A stretch of DNA of 64,000 nt from positions 1-64,000 of the forward strand of contig JBPOGF010000003.1 in the NCBI GenBank assembly GCA_051251915.1. The letters are read 5' to 3'. The notes under the pieces were generated by a model, which searched no databases, was not told the DNA's origin, and was given only the letters and a program-made list of their open reading frames with translations. The stretch comes from Akkermansiaceae bacterium (GTDB lineage Bacteria > Verrucomicrobiota > Verrucomicrobiia > Verrucomicrobiales > Akkermansiaceae). A program made the translations under genes and the position numbers. Below are positions 25,364-33,696 of the stretch, piece by piece (within the stretch, counting starts at the first letter, position 1; each line of letters begins with the position of its first letter).

Positions 25364-25621
25364 ATGATAATTGATCCTTATGAAACTCCAAAGACTCGGG
25401 ATGAGTTAGACCAAAAGCGAACTGAGGTGAGCAGAGGAATTATTGAGTCATTGGGCTGTGGAGCAGCGGGTTGTTTGTTTCCGTTTATTTTGCTGATGGT
25501 TGTTTCTAGTATTGCAGGGACTGGTTTTAGTGAGATGTGGTCACCTTACTATGTTGAGGGGAGTGTTGTATTGGGAGTGGTTGGGTTGATCGTGGGTTAT
25601 AGATTTTTGCCGAGGAGGTAG
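25364..25621 (+). CDS. Small membrane protein with a DPYETP N-terminal motif
   Basis: MIIDPYETPKTR...GCGAAGCLFP; paralogue of 24561-24821. Confidence 0.65.
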   Translation: MIIDPYETPKTRDELDQKRTEVSRGIIESLGCGAAGCLFPFILLMVVSSIAGTGFSEMWSPYYVEGSVVLGVVGLIVGYRFLPRR

Positions 25622-25722
25622 AGCTTGGTGACTGGCGTGTGGGAATTGTTAGGGGTAAGTTTTTGGTGGTATTGTTTGGTTGCATTGTTGGGGTTTGGGT
25701 GGATAGTGGGTTAAGTTTAATT

Positions 25723-26541
25723 ATGAATCCTCTTCTAACAGTTATCGGCGTAGTGATCATCGGGGTGGCCTTGAGGTCGTGCCGGATGCGGGTGTTGCGG
25801 AAGCTGGGGATGCTTGTGTATCTGGTGGCTAGTGGGGTGGCGGTATATTTTATGACAGGGAGTGTGCTGGCTGGTTTGGCTGGTATGGGTGTGTGGTTTT
25901 TGTTGCCTTGGTTGGAGTTGTTGACGCGGGTTAGGGCTTTGCGGTTGCCGTTGAATAATAAGTTACAGCATAGGTTTCCGCCGAATGAGGATCATTTCCC
26001 GAATGCGGATGCGATGATTGAGGAGCTTGAGGAGGCGGGGTTTGAGCATGCGAAGAATTGTGGATGGGATTGGGCTGGGGCGTCTCAGAGTTATCAATTT
26101 TTTTGGCATCCTGAGGAGCGGTGTGTGGCGGCGGTGTGTTTTTGCCAGCAGGAGAAGATTACGTTTTCGTTTGTGACGATTAGCTCTCGGGATCTGAATG
26201 GGTTTATGTGGCGGACGAGCAATTATCCGTTTGCGCCGACTTTGAAGGAGTCACCTAATGTGTGGCATAATCAGATAGGTTGTGGGGTGGAGACGGTGAC
26301 TGCGATGTTAGCGAGTCATCATTATTTTATTGGGCTGCATGGTGCTTGTCATGATGACTTGTGCATTCCATGTCCGGATGGAGTGGAGGAGGATGTGGAG
26401 CAGGATATGCGGAGGCAGATTGATTTTAATTTGGAGAGTGGGCTGATCAGGCTGACTGGGGATGGGTGTTTTAGGTATTCTTTTAAGGGGTTGTTTTTTT
26501 TGTGGAAGCAATTTGTTAAGGATATGATTAGGTTGTGTTAG
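25723..26541 (+). CDS. Hypothetical membrane protein
   Basis: About three N-terminal TM helices then a soluble domain. The likely start is MNPLL at 25723. Confidence 0.7.
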   Translation: MNPLLTVIGVVIIGVALRSCRMRVLRKLGMLVYLVASGVAVYFMTGSVLAGLAGMGVWFLLPWLELLTRVRALRLPLNNKLQHRFPPNEDHFPNADAMIEELEEAGFEHAKNCGWDWAGASQSYQFFWHPEERCVAAVCFCQQEKITFSFVTISSRDLNGFMWRTSNYPFAPTLKESPNVWHNQIGCGVETVTAMLASHHYFIGLHGACHDDLCIPCPDGVEEDVEQDMRRQIDFNLESGLIRLTGDGCFRYSFKGLFFLWKQFVKDMIRLC

Positions 26542-26678
26542 TACTGGTGGCACGTCATTGGTCAATGGGGTAGATTCTTCGGTGACTGATTCTTTGGAGA
26601 TGTATACTAATTGGTTGCATTTGCTGGTGGCTGTGAAAGGGTTGGGTTTATAGACTGAAGGGTAAAAATTTAAAAGAA

Positions 26679-27737
26679 ATGATAACTGAAGAGATTGTTA
26701 AAGAGGCGTTGAAGGGGGTGAAGTATCCTGGATTTTCGAGAGATATTGTGGCGTTTGGGTTGGTGAAGGAGATCAAGCTGGATGGTGCTGATGTGGAGGT
26801 GACTATTTCTATGCAGACGAAGGATGCTAAGGTGCCTGAGCAGATTTTCAAGGATTCGCAGGATGCTTTGAGTAAGGTGGCTGGGATTGGCGAGACGCGG
26901 GTGAATATAGATGTGAAGAATCCGGATGCTGGTGTGCAGGGTGGGAGTGATGCTGGTGGTGGTGGTAAGAGTGCTATTGCTGGTGTGAAGCGGGTGATAG
27001 CGGTGGGTTCCGGTAAGGGTGGTGTGGGTAAGTCTACGGTGTCTAGTAATCTGGCGGTGGCGCTGGCTAAGGCTGGGTATAAGGTGGGGCTTTGTGATTG
27101 TGATTTATATGGTCCTTCTACTGGGCAGATGTTTGGGACGGATCAGCAGCCGTTGGCGAATGAGAAGGATGAGATTATCCCGATCAAGGCGCATGGGGTG
27201 AAGTTGATGTCGATGAGTTTTCTGGTGAATGATAGTAGTCCGGTGATTGTTCGTGGGCCTTTGGCGACGCGTTATACGCAGCAGTTTTTGCGTCAGGTGG
27301 AGTGGGGGCAGCTGGATTATTTGATTTTGGATTTACCTCCAGGGACTGGTGATATTCAGCTGACTATTGTGCAGACGGTGGCTCTGGATGGTGCGGTGAT
27401 AGTGACGACTCCTCAGGAGGTGGCGCTTATAGATGCGCGGAAGGCGGCTACGATGTTTGCGAAGGTGAATGTGGAGATTCTGGGTGTGGTGGAGAATATG
27501 AGTTGGTTTGAGTGTGCTCATGGTGAGAAGTATCATATCTTTGGTGATGGTGGTGGGGCTCGTGAGGCTGAGAGGCTGAAGGTGCCGTTGCTGGCTCAGG
27601 TTCCTATCGATGTGCGTACGCGTGAGTGTGCGGATGCGGGTATGCCGGTGGCTTTGCTGAAGGAGAGTGAGAGTGTGACTAGTGCTGCATTTAAGGGTCT
27701 GGCGGAGAAGCTGGATGCAATAGTGGATAAGGGATAA
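26679..27737 (+). CDS. mrp: Mrp/ApbC (NBP35) Fe-S cluster carrier ATPase
   Basis: N-terminal DUF59-like domain, SGKGGVGKS, DLPPGTGD and ENMS. Confidence 0.92.
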   Translation: MITEEIVKEALKGVKYPGFSRDIVAFGLVKEIKLDGADVEVTISMQTKDAKVPEQIFKDSQDALSKVAGIGETRVNIDVKNPDAGVQGGSDAGGGGKSAIAGVKRVIAVGSGKGGVGKSTVSSNLAVALAKAGYKVGLCDCDLYGPSTGQMFGTDQQPLANEKDEIIPIKAHGVKLMSMSFLVNDSSPVIVRGPLATRYTQQFLRQVEWGQLDYLILDLPPGTGDIQLTIVQTVALDGAVIVTTPQEVALIDARKAATMFAKVNVEILGVVENMSWFECAHGEKYHIFGDGGGAREAERLKVPLLAQVPIDVRTRECADAGMPVALLKESESVTSAAFKGLAEKLDAIVDKG

Positions 27738-27764
27738 GGGGATAGTGACTTCATGATGTGAACG

Positions 27765-28643
27765 ATGAGTGAGATTGATAGAGAGGTGCTGATGGGGGAG
27801 GTGCGGGATCTTGAGATCAAGGCTAAGCGTCTTTCTCGTGAGTCTTTTTCTGGGGAGTATCATACTTCTTTTAAGGGTCAGGGTTTGGATTTTGAGGATT
27901 ATAGGGAGTATCAGCATGGTGATGAGACGCGATTTATAGATTGGAAGGTGACGGCGCGGATGAATGCGCCGCATATACGAACGTTTAGGGAGGAGCGTGA
28001 GCTGAGTGTGCTGCTGGCGGTGGATGTGAGTGGGTCTGGGAGGTATGCGAGTGGGAGGCTGAGTAAGAAGCAGAAGGCTGCTAGGTTAGCGGCGGTGTTG
28101 GCATTTTGTGCTAAGTATAATGGGGATAAGGTGGGGTTGCTGTTGTTTACGGATAGGACGGAGTTGTATTTGCCACCGGCTAAGGGGAGTAAGCATGTGT
28201 TGCGGATTATTAGGGAGATTTTGGGGTTTGAGCCTGAGGGGAAAGGGACGAGTATTGCTGGTGCTTGTGATTTTATAAATAGGACGTTGAGGCGGAAGTC
28301 TTTGGTGTTTTTGTTGTCTGATTTCATGGATCATGATTTTGAGAAGAAGTTGGGGGCGCTGGGGAAGCAGCATGAGACGATAGCGATGCGGGTGTATGAT
28401 CCTGTGGAGGAGGAGTTGCCGATGGTGGGGAAGGTGAATCTAACAGATCCGGAGACGGGTTGGCAGACGATGGTGAATACGAATAATGCGAATGTGAGGA
28501 TGGGGTATTCTAAGCTGAATAGGCGGAGGCTGGAGGGCTTGCAGAAGACTTTTAATAGGTATAAGATAGCGAGTATGGAGACGGCTACGGATGAGGATTT
28601 CTTACCGGCGTTACATCGATTATTTAAACGGATACATAAGTAA
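27765..28643 (+). CDS. DUF58 domain protein
   Basis: KGQGLDFEDYREY..GD..R.IDWKVTAR and DVSGS. Confidence 0.9.
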   Translation: MSEIDREVLMGEVRDLEIKAKRLSRESFSGEYHTSFKGQGLDFEDYREYQHGDETRFIDWKVTARMNAPHIRTFREERELSVLLAVDVSGSGRYASGRLSKKQKAARLAAVLAFCAKYNGDKVGLLLFTDRTELYLPPAKGSKHVLRIIREILGFEPEGKGTSIAGACDFINRTLRRKSLVFLLSDFMDHDFEKKLGALGKQHETIAMRVYDPVEEELPMVGKVNLTDPETGWQTMVNTNNANVRMGYSKLNRRRLEGLQKTFNRYKIASMETATDEDFLPALHRLFKRIHK

Positions 28644-28655
28644 AATTTATAGGAT

Positions 28656-29765
28656 ATGAGTAAGGAGTATGATGAGCAGCTGGCGGAGAAGGTGACGCGG
28701 ATGGGTGAGATGTTTGTGGAGTTTGGTGATGTACCTGAGCTGGAGGTGTTTGAGAGTGAGCCGGTAAATTATAGGATGCGGGCGGAGTTCCGGGTGTGGC
28801 ATGAGGGGGATGATTTGTATTATATTATGTTTGATCAGGCGACGCGTGAGCGGGTGCGGGTGGATGGATTTCCGGCTGCTAGTGCGGGGATCAATGCGTT
28901 AATGCCGGTGTTGATAGAGAAGTTGAAGAATGGTGGGGTGTTACGGAAGAAGATTTTCCAGGTGGATTTTTTGTCGACTTTGAGTGGGGAGATGTTGGTG
29001 AGTTTGCTGTATCATAGGCAGCTGGATGAGGAGTGGGAGGAGGCTGTTAGGGGGCTGAAGACTGAATTGCTGGAGTGTGGGTTTGATGTGGATTTTATAG
29101 GGCGAGCGAGGAAGCAGAAGTTTGTGGTGGGGCGTGAGTATGTGGTGGAGAGGCTGATAGTGCATGGTGATGAGTATGTGTACCAGCAGGTGGAGAATAG
29201 CTTTACGCAGCCGAATGGCAGGGTAGCTGAGAAGATGCTGGAGTGGGCGGTGGATGCTACGCGTGGGTGTGAGGGGGATTTGCTGGAGTTGTATTGTGGG
29301 AATGGGAATTTTTCTTTGGCGTTGGCGCAGAATTTTAGGAAGGTGATGGCGACTGAGTTAGCGAAGCCTTCGGTGGATGCTGCGCAGTGGAATATAGTGG
29401 CTAATGTGGAGGCGGGAAGGAAGGGTGCTGAGGGTGTGAAGATAGCGAGGTTGTCTGCGGAGGATTTCACGTTGGCGATGCGTGGTGAGCGGGAGTTTTT
29501 CCGGTTACAGCAGCAGGATATTGTATTGGGGGATTATGATTTCCGGACGGTGTTTGTGGATCCGCCGAGGTCTGGGATGGATGGGGAGAGTGTGGCGATG
29601 GTGCAGGAGTACGAGCGGATTGTTTATATTTCGTGTAATCCGGAGACGCTTTGTGAGAATTTGAGGACTCTTTGTGAGACGCATGATATTGTGAGGTTGG
29701 CGATGTTTGATCAGTTTCCTTATACACATCATATTGAGGCGGGGGTGGTGTTGGTGCGGAGGTAA
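28656..29765 (+). CDS. trmA: tRNA (uracil54-C5)-methyltransferase
   Basis: [47 protein letters not shown] and [11 protein letters not shown]. Confidence 0.93.
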   Translation: MSKEYDEQLAEKVTRMGEMFVEFGDVPELEVFESEPVNYRMRAEFRVWHEGDDLYYIMFDQATRERVRVDGFPAASAGINALMPVLIEKLKNGGVLRKKIFQVDFLSTLSGEMLVSLLYHRQLDEEWEEAVRGLKTELLECGFDVDFIGRARKQKFVVGREYVVERLIVHGDEYVYQQVENSFTQPNGRVAEKMLEWAVDATRGCEGDLLELYCGNGNFSLALAQNFRKVMATELAKPSVDAAQWNIVANVEAGRKGAEGVKIARLSAEDFTLAMRGEREFFRLQQQDIVLGDYDFRTVFVDPPRSGMDGESVAMVQEYERIVYISCNPETLCENLRTLCETHDIVRLAMFDQFPYTHHIEAGVVLVRR

Positions 29766-29832
29766 GGTTTTTTGGTTTATGCTGGTTGTGGGTGCTGATT
29801 TTGCTTAGGACTGTGGGCAGATAAAATTTACT

Positions 29833-30609
29833 ATGACCAGACCAGATAAGAGAGAGATAAATGAGCTACGCCCTATTACGTTTACGCCGCATGTGGCGCC
29901 TCATGCTAATGGGTCTGTGTTGGTGTCGTTTGGCGATACGCGGGTGATCTGTGCTTGTACGGTGGAGGATAATATTCCGGGCTGGATGAAGTATCAGAAG
30001 ATCAAGGGTGGCTGGTTGACTGCGGAGTATTCGATGCTTCCGTATTCAACATTGGACCGTAAAAGAAGGGATATTTCTCAAGGGAAACTGGATGGTAGGT
30101 CATCTGAGATTCAGCGGCTTATTGGTAGATCACTGCGTGCTGTGGTGGATCTTAAGATGCTGGGTCACAGGACTTTGTGGATAGATTGTGATGTTCTTCA
30201 GGCTGATGGTGGGACGCGGACTGCATCTATTACTGGCGGTGCTGTGGCTGTGGCGATAGCGCTGAATAAGTTGGTGGCTGAAGGTAAGATAAAGAAGTCT
30301 CCGATGAGGAAGTTGATCGCTGCGGTGAGTGCTGGGGTGTATGAGAAGACTCCGGTGTTGGATCTGAATTATCCTGAGGATAAGGATGCAGCGGTGGACT
30401 TTAATGTGGTGCTGACTGAGGATCTGGAGTTTGTGGAAATCCAGGGAGCGGGTGAAGAGTCGACGTTTAGCCGTGAGGAGATGAATGCAATGTTAGACCT
30501 TTCTGAGGCTGGGATAACTGAGATTGTGGAGTTGCAGAAGGCTGCGATTTTGGCTGCTGAGAGTGCGCAACCAGCAGATCTTCAGGGGTTGGCTGATGCT
30601 TTTAAATAA
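29833..30609 (+). CDS. rph: Ribonuclease PH
   Basis: GWLTAEYSMLP, EIQRLIGRSLR and DCDVLQADGGTRTASITG. Confidence 0.96.
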   Translation: MTRPDKREINELRPITFTPHVAPHANGSVLVSFGDTRVICACTVEDNIPGWMKYQKIKGGWLTAEYSMLPYSTLDRKRRDISQGKLDGRSSEIQRLIGRSLRAVVDLKMLGHRTLWIDCDVLQADGGTRTASITGGAVAVAIALNKLVAEGKIKKSPMRKLIAAVSAGVYEKTPVLDLNYPEDKDAAVDFNVVLTEDLEFVEIQGAGEESTFSREEMNAMLDLSEAGITEIVELQKAAILAAESAQPADLQGLADAFK

Positions 30610-30677
30610 GGGTATAAGGTTGACATATTAGTACTTAGGCAATAGGGATTTCGAACCGTCTGAATGGTGACAGAGTT

Positions 30678-31298
30678 ATGGTAGATCCTTATGAAAATAC
30701 GAGTGAGAGCTCGGCTATAGAGGCGGCGAAAGCTCTGAGTGAGTCGAAGCGGCGATATCAGTCGTCCATCACTGTGCCTGTGTTTGGTGAAATCCCACTA
30801 CGCCCATCTGAGATGATAGCGGATCTAAAAGTGCGGGAGAATCCTCCGCTTTGGGCTCAGTTTTTTAAGTATGTGGTTTGCGGGTTAATTTCTACGGCTG
30901 TTTTACTAAGTGTCTATTTTGTAGTTCGCACGTTTTATGGAGAATATATTGCCGATGAGCTTTCAAAGGAGGTATTGAAGAGTCATTTGGCTAGGGTGAT
31001 GTTAGTGGCGTTTGTTTTGGCAAATGTGGTGGCTTATGTGACGAATCGGTTGTTTGTATTCACTCCGAGTGGTAGGCACTGGACGGTGGAGTTTTTGATT
31101 TTTCTAGCGGTGTCTGCGGCTAGCTTTTACGCGGGGAATTTTGCGAAGGATTGGTTTATCGATTCGGGGCTGAATAAAGATATTGCGGCGCTGTCATTTG
31201 CGGTTTCTTCTGCGCTGGTAAATTTCATAGCTCGTAAGTATATAGTTTTCACTGATAGTTCTGTTCCTCCTGCTGATAAAATTACCGCTTCAAATTGA
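30678..31298 (+). CDS. GtrA family flippase-like protein
   Basis: QFFKYVVCG, AYVTNRLFVF and NFIARKYIVF. Confidence 0.8.
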   Translation: MVDPYENTSESSAIEAAKALSESKRRYQSSITVPVFGEIPLRPSEMIADLKVRENPPLWAQFFKYVVCGLISTAVLLSVYFVVRTFYGEYIADELSKEVLKSHLARVMLVAFVLANVVAYVTNRLFVFTPSGRHWTVEFLIFLAVSAASFYAGNFAKDWFIDSGLNKDIAALSFAVSSALVNFIARKYIVFTDSSVPPADKITASN

Positions 31299-31322
31299 TC
31301 AATTAAACGTTTATAAAAATCC

Positions 31323-32087
31323 ATGTCTGAATCTTTAGAACGACCGCTTACTGTGGTCATACCGGCCTATAATGAGGAGAAAACTGTGGAGCATGTGATC
31401 CGCACTGTACTGGCTATCCCGCTTGTGGGTGAAGTGGTTGTGGTGAATGACTGCTCAAAGGATGACACGGCAAAGATCGTGGAAAGAATGGCGGAAGTGG
31501 AGCCTAGGTTGAGCTTTTTTAGCCATGATCATAACCAAGGCAAAGGTGCAGCATTGAGGACTGGATTTCAGAAGGCTACGTTACCATTCGTGATCGTGCA
31601 GGATGCGGATTTGGAGTATGATCCGGAGGAATTTGAGTTAGTTGTTAGACCGTTGATCAATGATGAGTGTGATGTTTGTTATGGGTCACGTTACTTGAAG
31701 AACAATCCTCGTAGGGTGCTGCATTTTTGGCATACGATGGGGAATCGCTTTCTAACAACGTTGTCTAACATGGTGACTAATCTGCATGTGACGGATATGG
31801 AAACTTGTTATAAGGCTTTCAAGCGGGAGGTGATTCAGAACATTAAAATTGAGGAGAACCGATTTGGCTTTGAGCCGGAAATCACAGCGAAGATTGCTCG
31901 TCGTCATTTACGTGTGTTTGAGGTGGCTATTTCCTATTTCCCTCGTTCTGTGGATGAGGGGAAACACATTGGATGGAAGGATGGAGTGCGTGCGATATGG
32001 TGTATTTTTAAGTATGGGTTCTGGAGAAGAAACCATAATGTGATGGTGATCGATGAGAAGAATAAGTTGTCGATGGCTGACCGCTAA
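31323..32087 (+). CDS. GT2 polyprenol-phosphate glycosyltransferase (DPM/GtrB-like)
   Basis: VVIPAYNE, NQGKGAA, QDADLEYDP, TDMETCYK and FGFEPE. Confidence 0.9.
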   Translation: MSESLERPLTVVIPAYNEEKTVEHVIRTVLAIPLVGEVVVVNDCSKDDTAKIVERMAEVEPRLSFFSHDHNQGKGAALRTGFQKATLPFVIVQDADLEYDPEEFELVVRPLINDECDVCYGSRYLKNNPRRVLHFWHTMGNRFLTTLSNMVTNLHVTDMETCYKAFKREVIQNIKIEENRFGFEPEITAKIARRHLRVFEVAISYFPRSVDEGKHIGWKDGVRAIWCIFKYGFWRRNHNVMVIDEKNKLSMADR

Positions 32088-32108
32088 ACGTAGAAAATAG
32101 AATAGCTG

Positions 32109-33623
32109 ATGGAAACGATGAATGGGATAACCCAGAAAAGAATTTTTTGGGGAACCCTATTTTTGGGGTTGTTATGGGCGGGTTATAGGCTTTTTGCTAG
32201 CACTGGTTATATTCTGGATGACGAGGCTACGCATTACATCAAATCTCGTAGTGCTTGGGCTAATCCGGATATTTTCTTTGATAACTGGACACGTGCTGGG
32301 CGGAATTTGATTCATGCTTTGGTTGCTCCGTTTGGTCTAACAGCGACTCGGTTGTTCACGCTTTTGCTTGCTACGGTGGCGGTGATTATAACTGCGAGGT
32401 CTGCGAAGCATTTGGGCTTGAAATCGATCTGGGCCATTCCTGTGTTGATGTTTTTCCAGTCTTGGTTCCCTGATTTATCTTACTCGATTCTGACGCAGAC
32501 GCCATTCATGATTATTTGGATCATGGGGATCTACTTGGCGCAGAAGGATAGGTATTTTCTGGCGGCGATGTGCTTTAGTTATTTGTCATTGATCCGTCAT
32601 GAGGGGATTTTGCTGACGGCTTTGTGGGGTGTATGGGTATCATGTCAGAGTGGGGGGATTCTTGATTTGATTGTGAAGAAGAGATTCCAAGGAAATCTGT
32701 TGAAAGCGATAGTAAGAGATGCAATTCTGGCATTTTTCACCGTTTTGCCGATCATGATTTTCAACCTTGCTGATTTTCTCTATTTTGGCGATGCGGAGAA
32801 TATTCCTTTCATGGTCTACTTTAATTCTAACCCAACTGATTATTACGGGAGTGGCGCTATTTACCATTATGCGGCGTTGCTGGTTCCGGCATTGGGGATT
32901 TTTTCTTTATCGTTGTCGTTGTTCGGCGCTTATTTCATTAAGAAGGATTGGTCCAAATGGTCGTTGATTCTGTTTACTTATGTCAGTTATTTTGTGGTGC
33001 ATTCCTATCTGTTCTGGGCTGGGAAATTTGCATCTGGCGGTTACTATCATTTCTTGATGCCAATGGCGCCGTTGTTTGCACTACTTGGAGTGAAGGGCGT
33101 GGATGTGATTAGTGAGAAATGCGTCCGATATGGTAAATATGTTATTATTGCGGTAATGACCTTGGTTATTTACCAGGGGCTTAATATGATACAGCAACAG
33201 GGTATGAACCAGGACTGGGAGGGTATTGAGCATGGGACAGCTAGTTACGAAGTGTCATTTTTCAATCCAGCTATCGCACCTGAGCAACGTGGGATAAATC
33301 TTCGAGAGGCTTGTGAGTTTGTGAGTGAGATTCATGATGATGAACTGATCACTGGGAACCATCCACATATCGATATTCATTTTGGAAATCTGCACGATAA
33401 AGCAACTCTCGAGAGAGACTGGTCAGCGGTTAAAAGCTTACCCTTGGGAACTTATTTCATTTGGGACCAGAGGTTATCTGAGTTGCGTGAGATGCATTCT
33501 TTAGAGAACTTTTCAGCTGAGGAGTGGACTAGGGTGAAGGTGTGGGAGAACAGTAAGCTTGGAGAAGTGGCGGATGATCCTAGTAAAACCTATACGACGA
33601 TTATATTTCAGAAGGTGAAGTGA
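32109..33623 (+). CDS. GT-C fold (ArnT/PMT-like) membrane glycosyltransferase
   Basis: DDE motif after TM1, RHEG, many TM helices and a soluble C-terminal domain; context supports the call. Confidence 0.65.
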   Translation: METMNGITQKRIFWGTLFLGLLWAGYRLFASTGYILDDEATHYIKSRSAWANPDIFFDNWTRAGRNLIHALVAPFGLTATRLFTLLLATVAVIITARSAKHLGLKSIWAIPVLMFFQSWFPDLSYSILTQTPFMIIWIMGIYLAQKDRYFLAAMCFSYLSLIRHEGILLTALWGVWVSCQSGGILDLIVKKRFQGNLLKAIVRDAILAFFTVLPIMIFNLADFLYFGDAENIPFMVYFNSNPTDYYGSGAIYHYAALLVPALGIFSLSLSLFGAYFIKKDWSKWSLILFTYVSYFVVHSYLFWAGKFASGGYYHFLMPMAPLFALLGVKGVDVISEKCVRYGKYVIIAVMTLVIYQGLNMIQQQGMNQDWEGIEHGTASYEVSFFNPAIAPEQRGINLREACEFVSEIHDDELITGNHPHIDIHFGNLHDKATLERDWSAVKSLPLGTYFIWDQRLSELREMHSLENFSAEEWTRVKVWENSKLGEVADDPSKTYTTIIFQKVK

Positions 33624-33696
33624 GTAGGTGATTTTTGTTATTGAGTAGAAATTACGTTCTTTCTATTTAGTAAGAAAGTGTTTAGCTACGGGGCAC

